Assembly: GCA_000934665.2 (NCBI GenBank)
Contig: KZ537970.1
Coordinates: 1-64,000 of the forward strand
Direction: 5' to 3'
Length of the DNA stretch: 64,000 bases
Source of the DNA: Catajapyx aquilonaris
Lineage: Eukaryota
How positions within the stretch are numbered: the first letter of the stretch is position 1; each line of letters begins with the position of its first letter. Positions 10,929 through 24,393 of this stretch are shown here, piece by piece. A program made the translations under genes and the position numbers. Under the pieces are notes generated by a model. That model made no database searches. It was given only the letters and a program-made list of their open reading frames with translations, and was not told where the DNA came from.

Positions 10929-12825
10929 TAGTAAGGAGAGATGGAAGAGCACACCCCCCACCCCTTCCTCAGGGAGGTCAACCAAACCGTATAGAGGGTG
11001 GGAAGCTTATAAAAAATAATCAAACCCAACTTCTTCATTGCAACATTTTCTTTTTCAAAAAAAAAATTTCCTTCCTATTTTTTAAATGTGTTCTTCATCT
11101 GTTTCTTCCTCGGCTCTCGTTGGGTCTCTCTTCCCTCGTCTCTGGATAGAGGCTTTGGAAGGAGCTGATTGTCGGACCGATCGATTCTCCCAGAGCGGCA
11201 ACAATTAAGAAGGGGGAGGGGGGGGGGGAAGGAGGGTTAGGAGGGCAAGTCCAGGAAGGGGATGGGGTAGGTAACTGATGGTTACTGGATGGTAGGATTC
11301 AGGCCAAGTGTCTTACCGCTTAACCCATCAACCAAAAAAAAAAAAAAGTGTCATCTGAATGCCGCCAGTCCGTAACATCACTCACGCAGACATGACTTTT
11401 TTATTCTCTCAAGAGGTACAGTTGGTGTCTGGCATCAAAACGAGGGGTCAACTTGCCCACTGTGCGTTTTCGGTAGGTTTAACTGGTGTGGCAGGAGTGT
11501 CGTCGTGTGGCAACTCCAGCCGTACCTCTCTCTCTATCTCCGGGCGTGTGTATAATGTGTTGTGTCAAGTCCGGCTCGTAAAGTCTGGCATCAGCTTCTC
11601 TAAACATAAGACTACAAAACTCTACCCTCTCCTCAAAGCCACCCTCCTCCAAGAATTAAAAAACAAACAAACAAAGTGTATAGGTAACAATAATAATCAT
11701 AGAAATGCATGGCCTGACTCTTTCTCTCATAAGTCGGACTTGTGAATCCGATATTTTAAAAAATAAACAACAATTGTCATCCTGGCAGTGGCAGATCGAG
11801 CTTGGATAGAGCTGGCTACAATCCCCGTCGTAGTGTGGAGGGTTCGGTGGCAGTGATGGATCTCCTGCGGTTGAGGTCAAAAGGTAAATATCAGGGGGTA
11901 TGTTTGTGGGGGGGAGGGTCACGGGGTCGGAAGGTGGGTCAGGAGGGGGTAGGAGGCGCCCGGCGAGTGGCACAAAGTGGCTTCTCACACAATAGTACCC
12001 GTAATCGGCTTTGGAGTGAAGGAGTCGCGTTGTCCCTCGAAACTCCCATTCCGTGTGAAACGACGCCACCGAAACATTGTCCCACTACTACGATGGGTGT
12101 ACCAAAACACTGCAGGGGGGGTTAAGGGGGGGTCAGGTTAGGTGGTTGATCATGTCGGGATGCAACTAGCGGGTGGTACATGAGCGTACTCGTCCGTTAT
12201 TTTCTTTTTTTTTAAATAGGGAGATGACTAATGAGGGAGAAAAGGATATATTTTGGGGAAGGGTTGACCCTACAGGATCTCTCAAAACAGAAACAATGTA
12301 AACGTTGAGAATTGTGCGGCTCTTCTTCGTGTACGTTTGGCACATACAGGAATTTGCGGTTCACCGAGTACGTCGGAGTTCATACATTTTTTTTTTCAAT
12401 GTGGGTGGGTTGGGGAGAAGATGGCCGGGCCGCAAGGATGGAAGGCAGTCACCATAATATTATTTAATTCGCTGGGCATTGTAACATCCGTCACCTTGCA
12501 CTGGCTTGGCTCGCACTCTTTCCCCGCGGATGGATGGAAGGGCAAGCCCGTGGCTCATGCCAGGGGTGGATGGGGGTAGGATTTTGTGGGTTTGGGACAC
12601 GCCGGTTGCATACCATAACAGTAATAATAAACAACACTGGTAAATATTATTAGTGTCATGGAGGAAGGTTTGTTGTGTGTGGTTGGCGGGCAAGGGGGGA
12701 GGAGGCCTTCCGATATGTAGCTAGCGAGCCGGACAGGTAGAGAGGCGTACACGAACATGTGTCGCGCGCGTGTGGTGTGTAGAAGTGTGTGGGTGTGTAA
12801 AGTGTGTCTACCTGCGTTTTACCTC

Positions 12826-15800
12826 TCACAAGCGATCCTCCTCCTCCTCATCGTCCTCCTCCCCTTCCCCTTCCCCCTCCTCCTTGTTGTCCTCGGATTC
12901 CTCCTTGTAACCCGGGTGTTCCGATATTGCATAATAGTTGCCGTTGTATATGACGCCCAGTTCTCGGAGGACGTCCCCACGGATGGTGGCCTTGATGGTC
13001 CAGTTGTAGCAGTCCTCACCCTCGCTCTCCCTGTCCAGACGCTCCACGTCCACAATCTTGGACGAGAGGCGCTCCAGGATGATCCCGATGTCCTTGATGG
13101 TCAGATGCCGCTTTTGCTCCACCGACAGCTGGTCGATCAGCAGCAGGAACTTCTCCGTGGTGCCGCCGTCCTCTTCCACCATGGTGGTCTCCGTCTCGGA
13201 CTCTGAGCTCTCCACCTCCAGAGCCCTGCTGGGAGAGGTCATCGTGGCAGCCTCCACGTCCAGGAACCGCACGTGAGTCCCCTTGGGCAGGTGCGGAGTT
13301 CGCTTCCCTGGAATATACATCCCACAACATTCCCTCATCAGAACTCGAGCCTTTCGGTACGCTGTAGTACCACCTTCGCTGCACCACCACTAACCGCGGT
13401 AAAGGCGGAGAATGGTCTTGGGGATTGTCGGAATGGGAAAGGAGGCTGAGGAGACATACCCAAGTCCTGTTGAGCATCCTGGATGGGCGAGGTGGCCACA
13501 GCCTTGTGCACCTGAATCTTCCTTCCTTCCTCGTGAAGCGCGCAGCAGTGGAAGTCGCACTCATTGTTCTCGCTGGGGCTTCCACCGCGTGCGGGGTGGT
13601 GCACGTGGTTGGCGCACTCTGGCGTGTGCACGTGGATGGTGGTGCTCTCGAAGGAGCTGCCCTGCCTGGTCAGCCTGGGGCCACCTCCCGGGAGTGCTCC
13701 TCCTCCATAGGAACTACTACTCACTTTGGCCGCGTGAACAACATCGTCATGGTTTATCACAGTTATCTGCGGGCCTAGCTTCGGAGAGTACACGTCGTTG
13801 ATCAGCGTCTCTTTGCGCCCGTCCGCGCGCGTCACCGTCGCCGAGATGTGGCCAGGGATCTGGTGCGGATGCAGGCCCATCTTCTCCAGGGACGACTGGA
13901 TCACCAGGGGCGGACGACGGTCGCCCGCCGCAGCGGCCGCGGCTGCTGCTGCAGCTACGGCGGCGGCCGCTGCCGACGACGTCTTGCCCTTTGGAAGGTA
14001 TTTGGAAGCTTCGACTTTGTGCGTCATTTGGCCGGCGCGCTGATCCCAGTGCAGGACCACCGTGATGCGGCCCCGATTGTCCATGATCTTCCAGGATGGC
14101 GCCTCGTCCTGCAGATCCAACGAGTAGATGGCCTCACAAACAATCTTCGGGATCGAGGATATGGCTGGAACAAACACAATATACCATCAGAGATCGACGA
14201 TCAGACTAATTCAAACACGTTTCTACATGCATATTTCTACAAGGCAGGGCATCTTCCATATTTAAGTAGCAGTGTAACAAAACAGCTATGCAATATTGAG
14301 CACGCCACTATACTTCCAGGGTCTGATTTGTATGGAACCGAAAAAAATGCCTGAAAAGAGCGAGCGGTAATGAAATTAACGGTGCGATCAAAATATTGTT
14401 CCCATCCGTTGTCACGGCGTCCCAATACTGCAATTTGGAAGACGCAGAGTAATTAATTGGATTTGCAGCCAGGTTCCTCCACCTCTTCCGCTTTCCTGGT
14501 GCACCTTTCCCCAAGAAGCATCCACCCCCCCCCCCTCTCCCCTCTCCCCCAGGGCGACTGGCGCCTCCCTTGCTCCAATTCTGACAAGGAAACCTGCCGA
14601 CTCCCTCCTTTTTTTCCTTCTTCTTCTTCAAACTTTCTTTTTCTCCTCTAGTCCCCCGCTCCATATCCACGCCCAGAAAAAGGCAGACGGGCCCGGAGAC
14701 AGTCCAGCATGACGCCCACTTTCCATTTGGGCCTACAGCCAATGCCAATAGTCACCAGAAAATCTCCTGCAGTAGTCGCCCCCCCCCTCTCCTCCGTGTG
14801 TCCGCCACCAAAAACGTTTCTAAAAACTAAAGGACAAAAACAAGGGAGGGGGGAAAACGAGAAAACGAAAGCTCCAAGCAGCCGTCAAGATTCCCTTACT
14901 GCACTTGTCATCGAACCAGATTACAAACATCCCAGGCGGAGCAGAAGGCAGTGGCCGACGACTTTGGGAGTAGGTTCTCATTGTTTACATCGCGGAGCAT
15001 TTACATATTAATCGTTAGAGTGGCTCCCATTCGAAGACGCCGCTCGTAATTCAGGCCAAGCACTCCCTCGATTTCAAGGCATCGTGAGGAACCCATATAA
15101 GACCTGGTTTGCTCAGTGTCGCTCTAAAAGTAGAAGCCAATGACAGTCCTTAGCTGTAAACCAAGCATTAACCACCAGGGGAAAACAATGTAACTGGCAT
15201 ATTTTGACAGAGGCCTTGCGTGAGAAAAGCTCTTAGGTCGTTAGTGACAAACATTCGTGATAAATGTGGCCCACTTTAATATTTACGATAGGGACAGATT
15301 TGTGTGAACTTTGCGCCTGCAAGTTATACTGTACCGCACTGTACTGCGAAATCTAAAGTTCATCCTCACTTGTAGGCAACCGCACCCTTGTATCACGGAT
15401 TTCATATCCTGCAGGATCAAAGTCACTTCACTTCCATGTTAGACACGGTACTCTGTAGCACACAAGATTGCGAGTGTGTCAACTTGAGCGTGCACCACCA
15501 TGTTTTACAGGCTCCATTGTCGGCGGTGCCAACTTTGGCAGAAAATTTTTATTTTAGCCAGCGCCTCCGACCTTATCAAAACCGGGGCTGGAGCATTCAA
15601 AAAAACAACCTCCATCGTTAGTTCAGTCCATTAGTGTGTCGGTAAACAGGCAGCAGTTCAGCTCAGCGTGCAAGGTAATATCGTGGGTGCAACCGGGCAT
15701 CGAAGTCCCCCCCTCTATTAAGGTTAATGGCCAGTCCATGACCTCACCGCAGCAGTGTGTATAGTAGTGGTGTGTGTGTGATATATATATACCAGCTCTG

Positions 15801-18800
15801 ATGACGTCGACACCGGCCGGGAACCATCTTTCGCCGAGTCGCAAGAAGAGCAGTACGGTGTTGTCCGGAAGCGTTCGGAAGTACTCCCCGTCCTCCACCT
15901 GGGTTCCATCCGCTTCCAGGACCACGCGGACGCTCTCGCTCGGCGCCAAGCTCAGCTTCTCCTTTCCTGCGTATCCAAATAAAAAAACCATGATTACACC
16001 TCACAGGGTACTCAACCGTGCAAAACCTTACCCACTACTCATCCTCCCATCCCTCTCTAGTACTCCATGCTTCAGGGAATGTGCCGGGATTTATAGACGC
16101 ATTGAACCAGCAGGGGGAGCAGGTTCAATATTATGGTACAACCCCCCCCCCCCTCTAAAACTGCGATATATTCCCCGGGTCAAGGTAAAGCGCAGCAGCA
16201 GCTCCCATGGGCGGGGGATGGCCTGTTCCAACTTTAGGAAGTGTGTGGATTGCAATTTGACCTGCATCCAGAGGGGTGGGTAGGTAGGTAGGTTAGGTAG
16301 GGTGGTAGTAGAGGGGGTGGGAATGCTGCTGGTGCCGGGAGGGAGGGAGAGAGAGAGAGCCGGGTTCGACAATGGAACGAGCCAACTGATCGATGACGGC
16401 TCATCGTGGATGACAAGCGAAGGCGGCTCCCTGGCGATGCTGCACATGGGGATGCTGGGCCTCTACGGTTAGTTGGCGAATTGTGTGCCACCCAAAACCT
16501 GAACGCACTGTACACACGCTGCAGTATCGGGGGTGACCTTTTCGCGTGACATCACCAGGTTGTACGAGTGAAGCTACAGTGCATATGTTTTGGTACTGTA
16601 CCCATGAGCAGCTGAGTAAAATGTAAGTCGACACCTTCGACATGGGCGTACCAGTACATAACAATCTAATTCAAACCTGTACACTTTTTGTTATCAATTG
16701 CTGCCAAATCGTTGATATCCAGTGGCATTTGAAAATTTTCGTTACACAGGTTGAACCCCATACCGAACCTTGTCAATTGTCGTCGTCGTCGTTCCCCCAC
16801 CCTACGAAATGGTGTAAAGGTCCAGATATCGACAGTGTGAGTCCCCCCAGTGTGTGTAGCAGCTCCTCCGTAACTCCTACAAAACATATTGTTCATAGAA
16901 GTCGAAACGTCGGCTCCCATGCACGTAACAGGTATTATCCACGGCTACGACGCTATATGAAGTGCAGTGAACAGAAAATCATGCGCTGGCTGGGCATGAG
17001 ACGCCATTGAACTGTGGGTGTGTGTGTGTGTGTGGACGGGAGCCTCAGGGGGCTAGCCCTGATAATAATGCAACGCCGGGAGGCTGTGCTACGTCACCAC
17101 CCCCAGTAACAATTGACCCGCAATATGACACAACGCACACTCATGCATGTCGGCTCTTTTCATACGCACACTTTGCAGGCAGGGGCAGTTTGGGGGGGAT
17201 AAAAATTTCATGTGGCTGTGGGATTGAAAGGAGGCAGGGAGGGTCCATGAAGAGAGGGAGGGCAGAAAAGAGGTCACAGGGAGTAGTGTAGTGTAGGTGG
17301 GTGGGTGGGGGGTTTGGCAGGGTGGGGCTTCTGGCTGCATGCTGGGTCGCAGGCTGCAGCTGCTGCTGGCGGCGCCCGAACTGGGTCAAGGGGAGATGTA
17401 GGGGCCTGCGCCAGAAGGGGGCTGGGGATGGGGAGCACTGCTTACTTGCTCGCCTACACTACCTAGTAGTAAGCTGGAATCACCCCCCCTTTTTGCCGAA
17501 GAGTAGTCAGAGGGGGGGGGGGGCTTCGATCCGGGGCTATCTCAAGTTGCCTCCGGTGGGTGCTCCTCTCTCCGGTGCTTTTTTCCCCCTGTGTGACCAG
17601 ACTACTACGTAGGCCCTCCTCCGCATCCATCCATCCACATGCACATTTACACCCTGATCAAACCCTCTCCGTCTTTTCAATCAGACGTGGTTTTCAACCC
17701 CCCCCCCCCCCCCCTTTCCCCTCCTCTCCGGATTTGCACTTGAATCGATACTGTTTGTTGCGGGAAAACAAAAGGATGTCTTGAGCTTACACGTTCGCGA
17801 CTGGCTTGGAATTTGATGTGTGTGATGCTGGGATTGGTTGTGCAGGCGGGGATATCAGAATAGAGAAAACAAATGTCGGTATGATCGTTTGGATAGACAT
17901 GCACAGTGCAATTCGGTTGTATAAATGAAGACATGAAGTGCAGTCACATTTGACTTAATAATAATTGCATTGTCTCTTATGGAATTATATTTTTTATATA
18001 ATAATTCTCTAGACACTGTCACTTTTAAGCTGGAGTAGACTAAACAATGGCTAACTCAATTTTGATCAAAATTATGCATTTCAGATCTTCATATGAAAAC
18101 AATGAGTTCATCTAGGTTAATGTAATCCTCATTAATGAATTACACACCATCTTGAAAGCCGAAAATCGACTAGCTAATAGCTGAGGTGCTCGAACCTGCT
18201 AGAAAAGCTCCAAAATCTTAAATATTGGTTCATGTTGGCCAGTTTTGGGCTTGTTTCATGGGTAGCTTTTTCTGGTTTTTTGCACTACATTATTAATGAA
18301 AAGGGTATCATTTTCGTAGTGTGATTTTAAGTTGAAATTTCCACATGCATTTGCAGTGTAAACACAAGTAATTAGTGCAGGTTTTGAATGATGCACAGTA
18401 ATTCATGTGGCCATATTTTTAATGTCAGCCTGCTGTCTCCTATGTTTACGAGATTCAATGAAGTTGTCAAAACTTGTATAAAAAGTTTGCAGTAATATAT
18501 GTCCAGTTGGAAGTGTCACTTTAACCACAGAAGTTGATTCTCAATTTATCATCCTCTGACAATAAGACTGTAGATAGATTAACGTGGCTTACATATTACA
18601 TTAAGTGACATTAATGTCTTGCTTGTTACTACTGTTTCGGCATGATATGACATTTTAGAACAGGGTGGCTGTATGTTGCACTTGTCAGGCCTCTCATGCA
18701 GGATTGTCACTATGCAGCACTCTGAAACAATTTGGCACCTTGACTTCCATATATGAGCTTATCAGTACATATCACCTTAATTGTTATAATCAACGTGTGG

Positions 18801-20839
18801 ATCCACACGTTGATTTTTGATGGCGAGAAGTTTGGAATCGACTGAATTCGTGAAGTAAAGCATTCAATTGTCCCACATCTGAGCATTTATTTAGTAATGC
18901 GGAACAGTCTGTGCCAAAATTTGCATTAATTTTATACGTACAAGGTGGAGCAAAAGATGCATCAGTTTTGTCCCGTTCTATTTTCTGAGGTGAAATGTCC
19001 TTGTTCCTTTTGGCAATTTCGAAGCAATTAAAACAATACTCGCTCGAAAATTTTCATTTCGTCATTCATTTAGGTATAGTAAGGTATATCCTGAGAATTA
19101 CTCTAACTAATATAATTTTTTTCAGCCAAGCAACCCATACAACACATTCGATTATCTCCACACTGAATTAGAACTTTTCACATAGCCATCTGTAATCATT
19201 TCTAGTTGGAAATTGGCAAGTGCCCCAAATGCCAGAGACAAGCGAACATTCTGAAACACCTTGTACAACCGATTAAGCCTTTTCCAGATGTGAAGATTTT
19301 AAGTACCGTACAAATTGTTTCTACAATCAGTTCATCTCATATCAATTCCTGTACTCCGAATGCTACTCACATGACAGCAATCACAGCCGAACACAAAATT
19401 TTCTTTACCGTCGTCTACAGCCCTTGTTTACGTGTCCTTCACGCACGACGTAACCCACCGCCATAGTCCTTTCCGTTTCCCTCAGCATGCTGCACGGTCG
19501 AGTGGCATAGATAAACGGCCCCATATAATCAGAAATGTAGGCCTAATTATGATAGTCTTGGGGCCGCATTAGCACAAGACAGTCATTGCCTCGGGCCTCG
19601 CTAAAAGGGAAGCTGGGGGGGAGAGAAACGGGTATGGAGGCAAACATGGGGGGTACGGAGGAGAAAGAAATTGGGCAGTGTGACTGGGCTTAACGTGGGT
19701 GGTGGCGCCAGCAGGAGGCGCTCCTGGGCCACACAGAGCAAGCGACCTCCAAGGACGAGGAGGCTGCTACGTATTGATCTGGCGGCGGCACAGGAGGAGG
19801 AGGAGGAGGAGCAGAAAGGGGGAGGGAAAGGGAGAAGAGCCCTGCCTCACTTCCAGAAAAGAAGACAATCATTTCAAAGCAAGAAAAAGTTATTAGGCTC
19901 CAAATGACACCAGGAATGACCGCAGAGTCCACTGCTCTGAGTTGCGTCACTGGGAGGGCGTACACTGCTGGAGTAGGCTGGAGTACTCTACAGTCACGCC
20001 CTCTCATTAAGCGTGACGCAGTGCTGTCACATTTATGCACCCAAGGTAAAGTTGGTTTTAGTATTCGCCAATTGCCTCGGAGAAATCCTTCCATTTGGGA
20101 ATGGATCTCGGCTAATAACCGGTGTTACACCGGAATGAGAAATGATGGGGAGATGATTGCGGGATCAGGCAACTCCCATCATGAGATGGTTTTCAATGAG
20201 CCCTGGGTGTCAATTCCTCTACCGCATTTTTCCCCCCCTCTCCGACACTTTCCGGAGAAACTTTGCAGGGGAGCACGGAAAATGGCAAAGGGGACTCCGC
20301 AGATGCACTTCTTGGCTTGGCCTAGAAAACGCCCCCGCATGATTCAATCCCCGGAACCACCCCCCTCAACCCTTCCACTCTCACACCAAACCCTCCCACA
20401 CAGCTTCCTGCTGGACCAACAATCGATGGCTTCCCTGCTCCCCCCCCCCTGCTCCCCCCCCCTTTTCCCCCCTACCATCCCTCTGCCTGCCCGCCCTCAA
20501 TTCAAGCTACGCCCCTGCTGCTCGCACCTCTGCAGCTACATCCACCTACACCCGACATTCAACCAGGCCACCACACAATTTTCCCAGCCGGGGATATGTG
20601 GATGAAGTTGCGTTCGTTATTTACGATTGAGGGCACACCACGTGAAAGTAACTCTGGGAGAAAGGGGGGATCGATTCAGCTGAGTCGGGGCACGTGGACT
20701 CAGATGATGGAAACTGAAACCCTCCCATCGATGTGCAGTCGCTTACAGCAGATGCCCTGCTTTTGACGTCCAATGTCCACAAAACGATGATGATCCTCAC
20801 TGCTTCGGATCACACACAAAAAAATGCCATCTCCTCTCT

Positions 20840-20932
<93 letters not shown>

Positions 20933-23900
20933 TTTTTGTGTCTGTGTGTGCCAGGGCGAGTATATAAAAATATACAACCGGAGTAACTTTTCATCAAAAA
21001 GGTGGAATTGGATTTGGAGAGGAGAGACGGGGGGAGGCTGCAGGCCCCAAGAATTGATACGCTCTCGGAAGCTTGTTTGCTTCTAACTAGTCCATTTTGC
21101 TCGGAGCGGAGCACTGAGCCTGCATTGATAAGCCTGATGCACATATACAGCAAGGCAGAGGGAGAGATTTTTTTTAGAGAACATTAAGCTGTAATAACGA
21201 ATTTAAAACGAAGCTGTCGTTTGTAGCTTTAAATATTCATGGCGCTTAGAGAGAGAAAAAATAATTCGGAATGTCTGTTAGGGAAATTAGGCTTTCATTT
21301 GGAAATATAATTATTCTTTTCGTCTGTACCGTAATTTCAATACTAGTTTCTGTTTTGTAGAAAATGAAAGATGAATGAATTAATTCTCGCTGCTTAATTA
21401 CATTTAGGCAAGATAAGGGCGGGGCAAGTTTGACTCTTGACATTGAAAATTCAGCTGTGTTTATCTAACTTAATTCTATATGAGTTAGCTAACTTTGGTC
21501 TTATTGTGACTCTCATCTTCTGTGCGAGTTCTGTGTATTTAAATTAATAGCAACAACATTAATTTTTAAATGGGATTACAAAGCACCTGGCGAGGCAGTC
21601 ACAATTTTTGGCGCTGGTTTGAGCCTATTGTTGCAGACTGCTGGAGAGCAACACCATAAAACAATCCGCTACACCATTTTTGTGTGTGAATCCAGACCCA
21701 TGATGTCTGACTCGTAGGTGTTAACTGATGCACCCATTTTCCTGTGTGATATGCATTACATGGCGTATGCGACCGTGCAACCATAAGCAATTGGCAAACA
21801 GTCTCGTGACAGGAACCACTGCAACACTACATTAGAGGCTTTGCTTTTCAAACTGGCGTGACAACGCCATTGTAAGCCATATGGGTAGACCGCTACTTTC
21901 CGAAGCTATTTGCTCTGTAGGCTCGTATTTTAATCATTTTCAGCTCGCTTCTCACACCTCCCATACTGTAAAGCCGTGTGCAATGGATATGTCACCCGAA
22001 AATAAACATTGTAAAACTACTCCCTTTCTTTTCTCTCTCTTTCTCTCTTTTTCGCTTCCTGACAGCAATTACAGTCCAGAACAGCCCAGGCAGCGCAAGC
22101 TGAGAAAGTCGGAAAAGGCGAACAAAAGGCAGACAAAAGTCCGGGTCGAACTCAGGGCGTGACAAAAGGTGAGCCATCAAAAGTTGCTTCCGGGATACTA
22201 CTGTAACACGACCTTTGCCTTTTCGCCACAATCATCCTATAGGAGTTGTGTTTCTCACCCCACACCCGCCCCACTCGCAACCTTTTCAGAGAAAAAAGAA
22301 ATAATACACAACTGAATTACGATTCGAGGTACAAAAAAAAACATTGGCAATTTCTCTCCTTCAGATGTTTCAAACGTGGCCTCTCTACACTCAACCACAG
22401 CTCCCCAAAGTAACGCCGTAATTCCCTACTGGGAATGCGATACTATAAAATGCAGGGAAAAACAAAACTAAAACAATATTTTTCTGATATTACAGTGAAT
22501 TGCTCGGCAGTTGCAATAGCACTGTACATTGACTTATTCTGTATACACTGCACATTTACATATTTTTTGAGCACAACCGAGAAAGGGGCATCTCCACAAT
22601 AAGCTCACCTGGGCCAGACAACTAAATAAAACCATGAACCATATCGTAATATGCAGGTGTTTCCTTTTCAGGTGGTGCAGTACTAGTTTATACTTAAGTT
22701 CGGAGTTTATAGGTCAAATATAATTAGTCGCCTATGCTAATTATTGCCCATTTTCATAAAATTCCAGAAGTCACACAGTAGGTTTTTGTACTGCTTTTGA
22801 ACATGAGTAAGTAACAGTACCTCTTCAACACTTCTACAAAATGTTGGTGTAACTACAAGAATCACATAATTATGGCATTGTTTTATCTGATCATTGATAT
22901 TTGATACACATTACATAACATTTGAGGCCAATTATCTGGTGCACAAATATTGCCTTGCGTTATTGGCTCAGCCCTTACAATGATGACCACACATTGGTAT
23001 AGGTTTAATTCGATTTTTTGGTTCAAAAAACTATCCACAATCGAAACCGTATATGTGGACCTGACGCTGAGAAAATATTACTGCATTGATCAAATTATCA
23101 TTTCGACAACCTTGCATTTAACGGTGTGTAAATGCGCACTTTCATGCGAAGGCCTAAACTCGAGGAAATCTGCTCAAAAATAAGTGATCACAGACAATCT
23201 ACGACATAGGTGCATTTTTTGTGATTCAAATCTTAGCTGAAGAAGTACGTAAATGCTAAAGGACAGCGCATAAGAGCTCTCTTGCGCCTCTTAAAAAAGA
23301 ATGGCACAAAGGTTTTTTTTGGTGTTTGCATCACAAAATGGCTATCAATTTTATTGAAAGATGTGCTAAAATTTCTAAACTGTAAAGCCACGTGTCTGAT
23401 GTTATGGTGGTATTTTTAGAGTCTTGCATTTCGTAACATTTAACAATCTATAGGTTATACAAAAAGTCCAGCATACAAACAAATCCAGCTCTGACCTGAT
23501 GACAGTGCCAGGGTTTCGGTTTGAAAGCAAGTAAACAGTCACAAATAAAAGTAGCAGCAATCCATTCCCATCAAAAATAAGTTTTGAGATTCGGTGTTTT
23601 TAAAAAAGATAGCCCAAGAAAACGGCAAAATCTACGTGAAATATATGTTTTTGCGACTAATGCAACACGGCACGATATCTTTGTACAGTCCTACACAGTT
23701 TCAGAATAACGAGTCTTATGACCCACAAAGTTCGTGTACAGCTCTTGTTTTACACTGCCATTAATCAATAATTTTAATAAATAGCAACAGGTTGAAATCG
23801 TGACATGTTAGAATAATCATGGTTAAGCCATACCATTGCTACCATATCAAACATGTCCTTAAGTTTTCTTACATGGATACAGCTGCATGAAAGCTTCGAC

Positions 23901-24393
23901 CTAATCACAAAAATTATGTGTTGTCCAGAAATATATGAACTGATGAGTTTAATGGCTCCCATTGATACTCTAAAGTCTAAAGTGTTTCATATTATTTTGT
24001 TATTAATGTCTCCTTAAAGTGTAGTGTACTCACTATGTGTCTAAACGTCTGAAGCTCCATTAATTTAAATACCGGCACACCAAAGCGTTGAATACATTCT
24101 TTACATGTAGCCTACTTATGACCAGTTGCACTAAAGTCAGGAAACACTCACTGGACTAGAAGTGACACGAGTTGAATCGAATCCGTCATTTATTGTTGAC
24201 AACAAAAAGAGTATTCTCACTTCCAAATCCTGAAAAAACGTTTTGTGGCAGCAGTGCAACTGTCCATTAACATAAAAACAACCCCACGTGACTCACCTTT
24301 GATGAGCAGCTCTTCGTATGAGGACACCACCAAAGCCTTCCTAACATTCCTGCCGCTGTCCCACACCTTGAAGGGCCGCTTTCTTCGAACCTC
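12826..24393 (-). CDS. Drep2: CIDE-N (CAD) domain protein, Drep2 homologue (~486 aa); start exon lies upstream
   Basis: complement(join(12826..13307,13460..14164,15793..15966,24297..24393)); three phase-1 GT-AG introns. [42 protein letters not shown]...[36 protein letters not shown]. Also [21 protein letters not shown] and C-terminal [10 protein letters not shown]...[33 protein letters not shown], as recalled for fly Drep2. Confidence 0.9.
18941..19263. mobile_element. Degenerate Tc1/mariner-type MITE
   Basis: TA|CAAGGTG ... CACCTTG|TA termini; the TIR match beyond 9 bp is poor. Confidence 0.4.
20844..20931. repeat. (TA)n microsatellite
   Basis: Directly visible. Confidence 0.97.

Noticed and set aside
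12826..14177. Two separate genes (ORFs 13338-14177 and 12826-13338)
   Set aside because: A GT-AG intron at 13459-13308 joins them in frame into one Drep2-like protein; the split form is kept only as a hypothesis.
19904..20605. 233-aa plus-strand ORF (likewise 60302-60985 minus and 51292-51810 plus)
   Set aside because: No recognisable domain or exon chain; consistent with chance ORFs in intronic or intergenic DNA.
22491..22526. Small TACAGTG...CACTGTA hairpin (and a GGGCC...GGCCC/TTA element near 35394-35468)
   Set aside because: Possibly collapsed MITE relics, but too short or degenerate to support.
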